Shown: positions 48,252-58,789, numbered from the whole stretch's first letter. The stretch: 62,178 nucleotides of DNA, filler included, from 7 parts of 7 records of this genome joined end to end with filler, not necessarily neighbours in it, one strand, 5' to 3'. The notes: generated from the sequence alone by a model not told the origin. Translations and numbers: made by a program.

Positions 48252-50018
48252 ATGAATCCGCTGAATTATCCTCCCATTATATTCGGTACAGTATCCCTGG
48301 ACGGGAGAGCCGGCCTTGAGATTTCACCGGATATTGGAGTAAAAAGGCTGCATTCGTTTAACGATGTGCTTCAGGTATATCAGCTTGGAGAATCCACTGA
48401 TATCCATACCTGGAATGATAATGAAAAGTGGATATCTCTTTATGGTAGAACATATGAGCCCCTGAAAGTCGCCCCAAATGATACGGATCCGGAAAAAATT
48501 AATAATATAGGCAAGATGGAGATTGCAGAATTGGCGGGCGCCTTTATATTGATCAAGGCGGCGCAAACCGGGGCGGGAATCAAGCTGGAGCTTTCAACAG
48601 ACAAATACGGCTTCAGAAGGCTTTTATATTTCCATGATGAAAATGCATTATATTTTTCGACGCATTTATTTGGTATAAAAATACTTTTAAACGGCAAGCT
48701 GCCAGGAATATCAAAGCAGTCTCTCCTGCATTACTACAACTTCGGTTTTACTCCGAACCATATAAGCATCCTGGAAGGCGTCCAAAAGATGCCGCCGGCT
48801 TCGACATTGACGGTAGAAAACGGTTCAATATCCTTAAATCGATATTTTTCCATCAGCAGTTTATATATTCCCGACCAATTAGCCGGTCTTTCCGAAGAAG
48901 CAATTTGCCGTAAAGTTGATGAATCGTTCAAGAAAGCAATTGAAAAAAGAATCCCCGAATATGCTCGGAGCGGGGTTGCCCTTAGCGGGGGGGTGGATTC
49001 CGGTTACATCGCCCAAAAGCTGTCGCAATTGGGCGCTGATGTGATTGGATACAATCTGTCCTACAAAGGAAGTTATGATGAGTATGGGCGCGTCGATTTT
49101 TTGGCGGAAGCACTTGGAATAAAGGTGAAGAAGATTGAGGTCGCCGCGGATCAGATCATAGAAAACTTTATCAATTCCTCATCCATTTGCAGCGAGCCGG
49201 TGGGATTCAACAATGCAACCATGCGGTTTGTAGCTCTGGAAGCTCAAAAAGACGATGTAGGCGGACTGTTTGACGGCGACGGAGCGGACCGGATTTTTCT
49301 TGGTATGAGCCGGTATCTTAAGCTGCAGAAAGTCATACGTTTATATGGCGCTCTCGAAAAGATGAGCCTGGGTTCGATTCTGGGCAGAGTCGCGGCCATG
49401 ATACCCAATAGTGAATTTTTAAAACTGTCCATACAGCTTCAAAATTGGGGCAAAGGCCTGCTGCCCTACCCGGAAAGAGATATGTCCGGAGTGCAGGAAT
49501 ACAATAGTGAATATGAACAGGAATTATACAACCTGGCTGTCGGGAAATTCAGGGAGCAATTCGATAAAGAAATAGGCCAGGGCGACTTCGGCGCCTATTT
49601 CACTTATCAGGCAGTACAGATGGTGCCGGAAATGTTTTTTTACGATCCCGCCGAAATACAGGGCGCTTTGAATCTTTTCCCGGTTCCCGGTTTCTGGGAT
49701 GACGAACTTGTGTCGCTGGCATTCAGTCTGCCGACTTCCATGAAGCTCAGGCAGGGTAAAACCAAGTATATACTCAGGGCGGCCGCCTCTCTCAATATAG
49801 ATAAGAAATATTGGATGCTGCCCAAAATAGGGCTCCAGAATTCATATGCCTTTGTATTGGAATCCGAAGAAGGAAGGGCTTGGCGAAATACACAGATGGA
49901 AAAGGTCGAATCCTCTCCCGAATACAAATTTTTACAGGGAGTGATCCCATCCGGCAGGGTGGTTGCGGAAAAGCTGATCCCCTTGCTGGTCTGGAAAGAA
50001 GAAAATGGCCTCTCCTGA
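48252..50018 (+). CDS. Asparagine synthetase-like amidotransferase
   Basis: DKYGFRRLLY, LSGGVDSG PP-loop, GDGADRIF, KYILR, PKIG; no N-terminal Cys. Confidence 0.82.
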   Translation: MNPLNYPPIIFGTVSLDGRAGLEISPDIGVKRLHSFNDVLQVYQLGESTDIHTWNDNEKWISLYGRTYEPLKVAPNDTDPEKINNIGKMEIAELAGAFILIKAAQTGAGIKLELSTDKYGFRRLLYFHDENALYFSTHLFGIKILLNGKLPGISKQSLLHYYNFGFTPNHISILEGVQKMPPASTLTVENGSISLNRYFSISSLYIPDQLAGLSEEAICRKVDESFKKAIEKRIPEYARSGVALSGGVDSGYIAQKLSQLGADVIGYNLSYKGSYDEYGRVDFLAEALGIKVKKIEVAADQIIENFINSSSICSEPVGFNNATMRFVALEAQKDDVGGLFDGDGADRIFLGMSRYLKLQKVIRLYGALEKMSLGSILGRVAAMIPNSEFLKLSIQLQNWGKGLLPYPERDMSGVQEYNSEYEQELYNLAVGKFREQFDKEIGQGDFGAYFTYQAVQMVPEMFFYDPAEIQGALNLFPVPGFWDDELVSLAFSLPTSMKLRQGKTKYILRAAASLNIDKKYWMLPKIGLQNSYAFVLESEEGRAWRNTQMEKVESSPEYKFLQGVIPSGRVVAEKLIPLLVWKEENGLS

Positions 50019-51150
50019 TTGGTCCGGTTTTTTAAAAAGAAGCACTAATTCCAATGAGGCCAGGGTTCTGTGGATAGCTCCCAATCTTAATCATTACAGA
50101 ATACCTCTATTAAATAAACTGGCTGAAGAACCGGGTTTGGAGTTGAGCGTTCTGGCCGGTAAGGAATTAAAGAATCTTGGTCATAAACTCGGAAATAGGG
50201 AGGAGAAATACACGAAATACAGTGTTAATGCATCCAAGTCCTTTTTTCAGATTCATCCGGCCGTGTATTTCAGGATGCTGCGCCTTTTATGGGCCGGCGA
50301 CTTCAATGTCGTCTTGATGCCTATGGAAAAGAAGCTAGTATTACTAATAATTTACTTTTTTATCTTGAAGTTTATTTTTCGGTTTAAACTGGTGAGTTAT
50401 AATCATCAAGCGACCCGCGGCAGTTCATTTGGGCCGCAATTTGACTTCTGGCTGACTAAATCACTTTTCAAACTATATGACAAAATTATTTTTTATACAC
50501 GGGACGCAAAATCCTGGGCTCTGAGAAATTCACTTCTCCGTCCTGACAAGGCATATGTTGCCAACAATACGATTGATACTGAGGAAATATTTCAACAAAA
50601 AGCATTTAAAGTTAATTCATCGGAGAAAAAGGTCATACTTTTCATCGGCCGTCTCGTTGCTTATAAAAGGCTAGATCTTTTACTCGAATATTATAGTAAA
50701 ATTAGATCATTATTGCCTGGCGTGACTTTGAATGTCATAGGCGACGGTCCGGATGCCGAAACTATAGCCAAAGCCGCCCGGAACTGTGATTTCATAACGT
50801 GGCAGGGCGTATTGGTTGAGGAAAATGAAATTGCGGAGCATATGGAGTCATCTCACTTGGTATTTATTCCTGGTCACTCGGGCTTGTCCATCGTGCATGC
50901 TTTTTGTTATGGTAAACCATATGCAACCATTAATTCAGACGATCAACCCCCGGAAGTAGCCTATCTCATAAATAATGAAAACGGGCTTATGTTAACCGGG
51001 GATATGGACCAGGACTGCCTGAGGATAGTTGCTTTATTATCGGATCAACAGCTCTACGAAGAAACCTGTCGCGCGGCTTATACCATGGGGCGCGAACTAT
51101 CTAAAGAAAACTGGTCAATGCAGATGACGCGCGCATTGAAGGCGGTCTAA
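50005..51150 (+). CDS. Glycosyltransferase family 4
   Basis: HYRIPL, LFIGRL..YKRLD, IGDGP, PGHSGLSIVHAFCYGKP. Confidence 0.88.
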   Translation: MASPDWSGFLKRSTNSNEARVLWIAPNLNHYRIPLLNKLAEEPGLELSVLAGKELKNLGHKLGNREEKYTKYSVNASKSFFQIHPAVYFRMLRLLWAGDFNVVLMPMEKKLVLLIIYFFILKFIFRFKLVSYNHQATRGSSFGPQFDFWLTKSLFKLYDKIIFYTRDAKSWALRNSLLRPDKAYVANNTIDTEEIFQQKAFKVNSSEKKVILFIGRLVAYKRLDLLLEYYSKIRSLLPGVTLNVIGDGPDAETIAKAARNCDFITWQGVLVEENEIAEHMESSHLVFIPGHSGLSIVHAFCYGKPYATINSDDQPPEVAYLINNENGLMLTGDMDQDCLRIVALLSDQQLYEETCRAAYTMGRELSKENWSMQMTRALKAV

Positions 51151-51269
51151 AGACAAAAAAACTGTATCTTGTTTGAGTAAAAACACTGCTGATACAAAAT
51201 CGATAATCTTGGCGGACTGCCTTTTGAAAAAACAATATATGCAGATCTTTTGATTGGCAAAGGACGCAA

Positions 51270-52559
51270 ATGATTTTAGCCGGTGCTTTATTTCTTGGGT
51301 TTTTTACCTTATTTATGGTAACCATCAAACCGAGAATCGGTATTCTTATTTTAATAGTTGTCAAGCCGATAATCGACGCTACATGGGATCATGGGATGTT
51401 GGGCGTCAATGCACTTCGTGTTGTCGGCGCCGGCATTCCCCTGATTATCATTCTACGGTTCATGGTGACAAATGACTTAAAGGAAAGAGGAATGCCGATG
51501 GCGCTCCTCTGGATGTCATATGTATTTGTAAATTTTATCAGTTTCGGGATGATTATTATTTCCGGCAAGCTGATTGGCTCTATAGATTTTATACTTAGAA
51601 TCCTTAACGGATTTGTCGGTTTTTATATGTTTCAGGTCTATTTCCCGGATAAAATATGGTTCCGTAGATTATTAATAGCCTTTATCCTGGCGGGATTTTT
51701 CCCCATGCTAATGGGTGTATACCAGGCTGCAACCGGTCAGATTTGGCAAATGCGGAAGGCAGTGGGCCTTGTTAGAAACGTCGGCGTTTACCATGACGCT
51801 TTCTCTTTCCGCTCGTATGCCTATATGACTATTACGGCAATACTTCTTTACTGGTCTTATTTCACTGAACGAAGTCCGCTAAAGAAGTTGTTATTAATTG
51901 GATATGGATTAATCTGCTCGGTTGTTATTTTCAAGATCTACTCAAAGGCCGGGTACGTGGTTTATGCCATTTGGACTACAATCTGGACTTTACTGAATAA
52001 AAAAATTATATCCCTTATTGTAATAGTAGTAGCGGTATTGGGCTTTAACTTTGCTATGGGCAATAAGATTTTTGACGATATTTCGACTACTTTTTTGAAG
52101 GAAACTTCCGCAATTGAAGGAACAAGCGATTCAAAGTATATCCTGGGCGGCCGTATGACCGTTTGGGAGGACTATTGGATCAAGTATAAAAACGCGGACG
52201 CCTTTGGAAAGATTTTCGGGCTTGGCGTTTCCGCAGGCAGTGCTCACAACGACTATTTAAGGGTGCTTGTCGGCGGCGGGATTGTTGGGCTGTTCATATA
52301 TGTAATGCTTCTCTGCGTTATCGGATTGAGGGTTTTGGGTAATCTGATTTCTGACTTCAGTCCGTTCAGTATAATGGCCTTTATGATTTTTATGATGTGG
52401 ATGATGGATACAATCGGGTTGTCGCCCGGGTTGTATCCTGCGTACCAGTGGTATGTCTGGGGCTTTATCGGCCTGTCCTTAAGGGGTGTGGAAGGTCTTT
52501 CGGAAGCGGAGGTCGAACCAATTCGAGATCCCTTGAACAATTATGTATATGATCGGTGA
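51270..52559 (+). CDS. Wzy polymerase / O-antigen ligase family membrane protein
   Basis: Multi-TM; GR..VW, FGLG, AHNDYL..L..GG.VG periplasmic motif. Confidence 0.8.
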   Translation: MILAGALFLGFFTLFMVTIKPRIGILILIVVKPIIDATWDHGMLGVNALRVVGAGIPLIIILRFMVTNDLKERGMPMALLWMSYVFVNFISFGMIIISGKLIGSIDFILRILNGFVGFYMFQVYFPDKIWFRRLLIAFILAGFFPMLMGVYQAATGQIWQMRKAVGLVRNVGVYHDAFSFRSYAYMTITAILLYWSYFTERSPLKKLLLIGYGLICSVVIFKIYSKAGYVVYAIWTTIWTLLNKKIISLIVIVVAVLGFNFAMGNKIFDDISTTFLKETSAIEGTSDSKYILGGRMTVWEDYWIKYKNADAFGKIFGLGVSAGSAHNDYLRVLVGGGIVGLFIYVMLLCVIGLRVLGNLISDFSPFSIMAFMIFMMWMMDTIGLSPGLYPAYQWYVWGFIGLSLRGVEGLSEAEVEPIRDPLNNYVYDR

Positions 52560-52612
52560 ATATTGATAAAATTTATTACGATAAAATTCAAGTTAATCAG
52601 GTTATTTAATTA

Positions 52613-53764
52613 ATGAAAATTGCAATTATTGCAGATTCATTTCTGCCGGATGAGACCACTGGCGTCAATGGCACTCAAGTGCAGTTATATAATCTATCCA
52701 AGGCGTTTCGTTCCAGAGGGATGGAAATCCATTACCTGGCTATGACAGGTAAATTTGAAAAAACCGAGGAAAATATTGAGGGTATTAATATTCATTGGAT
52801 GGAAAACAAGCCTTCCCTCTTGGCTTGGTTGAGGAATTTTATTAATTATTCCAAGCTGCTGGATGAAATTGAACCTGATGTTTTATATCAACGGGGAAGG
52901 GCTTCCCTGACCTATGCCGCGGCAAATTGGGCCAAAAGGCACGGTAAACGTTTTGTTTGGGGGAGTAATGGAGAGGATTCCCTGGAATTTTGGAAAAGAT
53001 TGGACCGCTTGAATAAATCTGATAGATCAATAATAAAAAAAATCATTCTATTTCCCCAATCAGTTTTACAGGATATCCTTATCCATAAAGGGATCAGAGG
53101 GGCTTCCAGGGTTATTAATCAAACTGAACACCAAAAACAGCGGCTCGAAGATAATTACGGGAAGCAAGGCACAGTTCTGCCGAATTACTTCCTCCCCCCA
53201 TCGCCTGATAAAATGCGGAAAAAGGAAAATATTGTCCTGTGGGTTGGCAATCTTGGCCCGAACAAGCAACCGGAAGTCTTTATACAATTGGCTGAATACT
53301 GCCGTGAATGCTCTAATACAAAGTTTATTTTGGCAGGTGGAACTTCCGACAGCAATTATCAGCAAAGTATAATCAATAAGGCGGCAAACCTGGAAAATTT
53401 GGAATTTATTGGAGCAATACCTTTTAAAGACACCAACGATTATTTTTCCCGGGCCAGGATTTTTGTTAATACAAGTCGGAAAGATGCTGATGGATTGCCT
53501 AATACATTTATTCAGGCCTGGCTTAATAGAACACCCGTGCTTTCACTGAATCATGATCCCAACAACTGGATGAAGACCCACGGCATCGGGTATTGCGCCG
53601 GCGGAAATCTGGAGAAATTTCTTCAAGAGGGCGCTCAAATGATTAGTGAAATTGAGAGACTGGATGATAGGGGTGACATTATTGCTTCTTTTGCGAGAAA
53701 TACGTTTGCCGCCGAGGAAACGATTGATACATATTTACGGATTTTTGAAGGAAATAAAAAATAG
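52613..53764 (+). CDS. Glycosyltransferase family 4 (paralogue of 46020-47174)
   Basis: NGTQVQ, LWVGNL..NKQPE, NTS..DGLPNTFIQAW. Confidence 0.88.
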   Translation: MKIAIIADSFLPDETTGVNGTQVQLYNLSKAFRSRGMEIHYLAMTGKFEKTEENIEGINIHWMENKPSLLAWLRNFINYSKLLDEIEPDVLYQRGRASLTYAAANWAKRHGKRFVWGSNGEDSLEFWKRLDRLNKSDRSIIKKIILFPQSVLQDILIHKGIRGASRVINQTEHQKQRLEDNYGKQGTVLPNYFLPPSPDKMRKKENIVLWVGNLGPNKQPEVFIQLAEYCRECSNTKFILAGGTSDSNYQQSIINKAANLENLEFIGAIPFKDTNDYFSRARIFVNTSRKDADGLPNTFIQAWLNRTPVLSLNHDPNNWMKTHGIGYCAGGNLEKFLQEGAQMISEIERLDDRGDIIASFARNTFAAEETIDTYLRIFEGNKK

Positions 53765-53839
53765 CAGTAGTCCGGGTATATCATTGAGTTCATTTTTATT
53801 GTCATAATCAAATGAAGGTGCAGAGAGTTGAAATAACTT

Positions 53840-54805
53840 ATGGAAAAGATTCCCTATGAATTATCTGTGCTCATTCCCTGTTATAACGAGGAAGTGACAA
53901 TCGGCAATGTTGTCAAAAGCTTCTCGGCCGCGCTTCCGGATGCTAAAATTTATGTTTATGATAATAATTCAACGGATAAAACTGCGGAAACGGCCGCGGC
54001 GGCCGGCGCTATTGTCCGGAAGGAGCACCTCCAAGGTAAAGGCAATGTCGTCAGGCGCATGTTTGCTGATATCGAGGCTGATGTTTACGTTCTTGTGGAT
54101 GGCGACGACACTTATGACGCCGCCAGCGCACCCATGCTTGTGGATACACTAGTCAGAGAACAGTTTGACATGGTCAATGCGTCACGAAGTGAAACAGGTT
54201 CCAGGGCCTACCGTAAGGGGCACAGGTTTGGAAACAAGTTTTTTACTTCACTTGTCTGCTCGTTATTCGGAGACAGGTTTAATGATATTCTATCCGGATA
54301 TCGTGTGTTCTCCAGGCGTTTTGTAAAATCATTTCCCGCGTTATCCTCGGGTTTTGAAATCGAGACGGAGTTGACCATACATGCCCTGGAATTAAGAATG
54401 CCTGTCAAGGAGATAGAAACACCGTATAGTGAGCGATTGGAAGGATCCATTAGCAAATTGAGTACGTTTAGAGATGGATTCCGAATATTGCGCACAATAT
54501 TCTGGATGATCAAGGAAGAAAAACCCTTGTTTTTCTTTTCAATTATAGGCGCTTTTATGGCTCTGATTTCTTTAATGCTCGCTATTCCCATTTTTTTAAC
54601 CTATCTTGAAACAGGCTTAGTGCCGCGATTCCCGACTGCAATACTGTGCACCGGTTTAATGATAACAGCCTTTTTATGCTTTTTTGCCGGCCTGATACTG
54701 GACGGTGTGGCACATGCTAGACGGGAACAGAAAAGAATGGCCTATTTACAGATTAGTTCAATTGCTCAGGCTTGGCGGAACGAAAGTAATAGCATTCCGA
54801 ATTAG
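53840..54805 (+). CDS. GT2 polyprenol-phosphate glycosyltransferase (DPM1/GtrB-like) with two C-terminal TM segments
   Basis: LIPCYNEE, YDNNSTD, QGKG, VDGDDTY, SGYRVF, FEIETE. Confidence 0.92.
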   Translation: MEKIPYELSVLIPCYNEEVTIGNVVKSFSAALPDAKIYVYDNNSTDKTAETAAAAGAIVRKEHLQGKGNVVRRMFADIEADVYVLVDGDDTYDAASAPMLVDTLVREQFDMVNASRSETGSRAYRKGHRFGNKFFTSLVCSLFGDRFNDILSGYRVFSRRFVKSFPALSSGFEIETELTIHALELRMPVKEIETPYSERLEGSISKLSTFRDGFRILRTIFWMIKEEKPLFFFSIIGAFMALISLMLAIPIFLTYLETGLVPRFPTAILCTGLMITAFLCFFAGLILDGVAHARREQKRMAYLQISSIAQAWRNESNSIPN

Positions 54806-55117
54806 GATTTTTTGACGGCTGCATTGGGGGTATTGACATTAAATGCCGGTTCGATTTTCGGATTGGCAGCTATCTTCTAAAAAAATCATTACTTAAGTAT
54901 CGTCTGTTTTGGAATTAAGGAATTTATCCAATGTCGATGGGTGAGAAAATAAACCTGGCTGGATTCATGATTGGTTTTGGTGAAGCGAATACCAATAACA
55001 AGGCCATCTGCCGATTGATAAATTAACGTACTGTTAGAGAATCAAGAATTGAGTTCGACAAAAAGTTTGGGATATGGAATCATGTATACACAAGCGGTAG
55101 TTGGGGGCCTATAAGTT

Positions 55118-56514
55118 ATGACGATGGCTGATTACGAGCATCTCTCCGGCAGGGATTCACAGGATATGAACGGCTTAGTGAAAAAGTATGGCGGAATATT
55201 TTTTCTTTTTCTTTTTATATCCTTATTAATGCAATATTTTCATGAGCCTTGGCGGGATGAAGCCCAGGCATGGCTCATTGCCAGAGACAACGACTTTTTT
55301 TCCATTTTTAAAATAACCGCCTATAACGGCGCACCATGTCTGTGGTATACAATTCTGCATGTAGTGTCAGAGCTTGGGCTTCCATATTCAACCATGGGCC
55401 TTATTCATGTTGCAATTGTTTCCGCGATAATACTTCTGATATTGATCAAATCGCCTTTTTCCTGGCCAGTCAAGGCCGTGCTCCCCTTTTCTTATTACTT
55501 CATATATGAATACAATGTGATAGCAAGAAACTATTCGTTGAGCGTTTTAATAATTTTCATTATCGCTTCAATATATCACAAAAGGCGTCAGAAAGGGGTT
55601 GCGTATTCTGTTCTTTTATTTCTCTTGATGCAAACGAACGTCCATGGTCTGATCATCGCGCTTTCTCTGCTGTTTTTTGATGTGATTGAATTAGTATTTC
55701 AACGGGATAAATATCCGGATGAATCAAAATGGTTTATCATTATACCTGTGATTGGATTGATATTTGTTGTCTACCAATTATACCCACCGGACGATTTGAT
55801 GCATAAAACAAAATTATGGATGCCCCTAACAAAACAAAGCCTGGCTTCCTGGTCTGTTGTGGTCAATAACGCCTTCTTTCCATACACTTTTAAAAAATTG
55901 AATTTTTGGAATAGGAACAGTTTATATGAAGTCAGACATTTTGCTTATGCACTAGCAGTGCTTATTTTTCCAGTAACCATATTCTTATTGTATCGCATAA
56001 AAAACGCTTCAAAGGCAACTTTTATATATATATTATCCTGTATAGGTCTCTTTTCAATATTCCTTTTTAAATATATGGGATTTATGCGCCATCATGGATT
56101 TGTGTTGATAATGTTTGTGTTTTCAATATGGATCATCAAGAGCCGCGACCTCGAAAAGGATGAGAAGAGAATCCGTACGGCCGAAATCTTTTTGGGAGTT
56201 ATTGTTGCGGCCCAAATATTGTCGGGCGGTTGGGCGATTTATACTGATATCCGACATCCTTTTTCGCAAACAAAGAATGCTGCCAAATATTTGTTAAAGG
56301 AAGATATGGTGAATAATGATGCGTTTATTGCTATATATGATCCCTGGAAAATGATGCCGATTCTTCCATATCTGCCTCCAGAAATATCTTTTTATAGATT
56401 AACAACCCGTGATTATGGGACATATATTTCCGATACTAGAGAATATGAACTTAACCGAATATTATCAACAGATGAAATAATAAAACGTTTCGAAACGGAA
56501 ATAAAAAGAAGGAA
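55118..56514 (+). CDS. GT-C-type polytopic membrane glycosyltransferase-like protein (3' truncated)
   Basis: HEPWRDEAQAWLIARD after TM1 (DE motif), IARNYSL, many TM segments. Confidence 0.65.
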
Positions 56515-56614
56515 NNNNNNNNNNNNNNNNNNNNNNNNNNNNNNNNNNNNNNNNNNNNTTAATTAATTAANNNNNNNNNNNNNNNNNNNNNNNNNNNNNN
56601 NNNNNNNNNNNNNN
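56515..56614. other. Artificial contig spacer
   Basis: N-run with TTAATTAATTAA. Confidence 0.99.
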
Positions 56615-56917
56615 TTTGAATAAATGACCTTGTTTACGATGTTCTTTTAAAATATAAGCATGGAGGTCATCTAACCTGTCCATAATTAAAACAGCTCCTA
56701 TATAAAATTCATCCTCATTTTTGATAAAATAAAAACGATCTCTTCTTTCTCTGTAATATCTTCCTTTGAACGGATGAAATTGTTCAACCTTATGCCAAAC
56801 AATTCCATATTCAATATTTTCAGAGAGTTTCTGAAGAAAGATATCCTCTTTATTTCCATTATTTAGTTTGTTGATTATCTCTTTTATTGATTTATCACTC
56901 ATTGACATACTGTACAA
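56615..56917 (-). CDS. Probable GNAT acetyltransferase (3' truncated)
   Basis: YFIKNE..YIGAV, LHAYILKEHRKQG acetyl-CoA motif. Confidence 0.6.
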
Positions 56918-57420
56918 ATTCTATTTCATGTAAAGTTAAAAATTAATGTACCGTTCCCATGCCCCGGCATTTCTCAAATCGAATTTTCAACCACACCGCT
57001 GCTCATGATTCGCAGTTTACCTGTGGGTTGAAACTGCTCAATCGAAAAGCCTTTGGCAATGCCCTGCAAAAGAATCCCCTGCATTTTATTCCGGGGATAC
57101 ATTTGCATTTCCCACCCGATTAAAATTCAGATTATTGTTCCTGTGCCTACGGTATCTTCATTCCGGGAAGTTTTTCCGGCCACACCCGGAACACTTCCTG
57201 CATTCAGAAACCTACGGCACCACACACAAGAGTAAGGCTTTCATTTCCTTTCAATCACCCTGTTTCCACAGACCTCACCCCAGTACATTCAAGCCCTACA
57301 CTTGTTTTTGCCTCCCTCTATTTTAGCATTGAATTTTAATGACTTTTCAAAAAAGTGCTTTTATCATTTTAGTTAATTTATAGATTCTTCTTTCCCGTAT
57401 TCCAATTTAAGTATGTGCCT

Positions 57421-57609
57421 TTCCGTGCGGCCCTTGTTGTTTCGTCGGCAAAATAAAAGCTGTGTTTTGGAGCCTGCAAGTTCAAGCCTTCGGTTTTGCA
57501 GAAAATCTCCAACCTCCTGACGTCGAATAGTATTTCCTGCAAAAAACTTGCAGGTCCAACACTCTTTTTTAACCGGGCCACAAAACAACAACGACCGACC
57601 CGATGGAAA
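57421..57609. promoter_or_regulatory. Long branched inverted repeat A (candidate ssDNA promoter or structured RNA)
   Basis: Nested stems TTGTTGTTT/AAACAACAA, CCTGCAAGTT/AACTTGCAGG, TTTGCAGAAAAT/ATTTCCTGCAAA. Confidence 0.6.
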
Positions 57610-57635
57610 GACGCATAATCTTAAACGAACGTATT

Positions 57636-57773
57636 ATGGAAAAGAAGAATAGAAATAAATATTTTGAAAATGTAAGTAAAGAAAAACAAAACTCACTCCC
57701 CTCCGGAATCCGCATAGGTGAGTTTGGAATTGTTTTTGTATTGCTAACATTATCTCAATTAGTAACCCTTTAA
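57636..57773 (+). CDS. Possible small protein (45 aa, hydrophobic C-terminus)
   Basis: MEKKNRNK...GIVFVLLTLSQLVTL*; directly after hairpin A and 10 nt before the next ORF. Confidence 0.3.
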   Translation: MEKKNRNKYFENVSKEKQNSLPSGIRIGEFGIVFVLLTLSQLVTL

Positions 57774-57783
57774 AACTGCCCGA

Positions 57784-58008
57784 ATGAGAGAAAAAGTTAA
57801 TAAATTACCCTTTAGATGGATTTTTAGAATCATCGTTATTGTACTGGCTACTTATATTACCGGATTAAGTTTTTGGGGGTGTTTATTGGCTTATATCGGA
57901 ATACTATTCCTGATTGAATTTGCCAAAAATATGCTGGTCGTAATCTTTGGAATTGCCATTGTTATTGCCGTAAGCCTTGCCATGTTTTTTGGCTTAATAG
58001 CGCTTTAA
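57784..58008 (+). CDS. Small hydrophobic membrane protein
   Basis: 74 aa, almost entirely hydrophobic. Confidence 0.6.
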   Translation: MREKVNKLPFRWIFRIIVIVLATYITGLSFWGCLLAYIGILFLIEFAKNMLVVIFGIAIVIAVSLAMFFGLIAL

Positions 58009-58142
58009 TTATTCAGGTAGATAGTTGTTAATACATCATAATGCAGAGCCGTGTAGCCCTGCTTCTTTTTTCATGAGCCTGTGCGGTTAAAAAGAAGCAA
58101 AAAACCTACTTTAATAGATTCCGGCAATAATGATTGATCACT

Positions 58143-58309
58143 TAATTTTAATAGCAAAAGTACAGGAGTACCATGGACAAACAGCAAGGTTAAATCCGCT
58201 GGATTTGATTCAGAATCTTCCTTTTAGTTTCTGATAACTAAAAGCGTATTCCGAATCAAAACCTTGCATGAAGTCCCTGTTACCCTGTGAATGGTAAGCA
58301 ATAAAATTA
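58143..58309. promoter_or_regulatory. Long branched inverted repeat B upstream of radC (candidate ssDNA promoter)
   Basis: Nested stems TAATTTTA/TAAAATTA, ACAGG/CCTGT, GCAAGGTT/AACCTTGC, TTGATTC/GAATCAA, CTTTTAGTT/AACTAAAAG. Confidence 0.6.
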
Positions 58310-58336
58310 TTGTTAAACAATTTAAAGCTTACTGTT

Positions 58337-58789
58337 ATGAAAATTGATTATTTCAAAGTTTCCGAGATTAAAGTGTCGTATACCGACAAAGTAAAAGCAT
58401 CAGAAAGACCTCAAATTAGCGCATCAAAAGATGCGGCTCATATTTTCAAACATATTTTTAAAGATTGTATTCAGCACCATGAAGAATTTTATGTAATGCT
58501 GCTAAACCGTGGCAACAAAGTTCTTGGAGTATCCTGTATATCAAAAGGTGGAATTTCCGGGACTATCGTCGATGTAAAAATTATTCTGCAACTGGCTTTA
58601 AAAGCAAATGCCTCTTCATTGATTGTTTCTCATAATCACCCGAGTGGTAACCTCACCGCCAGTGCGGCTGATGTAAAAATTACTGAAAAACTTAAAAACG
58701 CATGTCAGTTGATTGATCTAAGCCTTCTGGACCATCTGATCGTTACTGATGAAAGCTATCTGAGTTTTGCTGATGATGGATTGTTCTAA
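58337..58789 (+). CDS. radC: RadC-like JAB domain protein of a mobile element
   Basis: EEFYVMLLN, GGISGTIVD, HNHPSG...S..D, LLDHLIV. Confidence 0.92.
   Translation: MKIDYFKVSEIKVSYTDKVKASERPQISASKDAAHIFKHIFKDCIQHHEEFYVMLLNRGNKVLGVSCISKGGISGTIVDVKIILQLALKANASSLIVSHNHPSGNLTASAADVKITEKLKNACQLIDLSLLDHLIVTDESYLSFADDGLF

Noticed and set aside
48252-50018. Lasso peptide cyclase
   Set aside because: No precursor, leader peptidase or RRE gene; embedded among glycosyltransferases.
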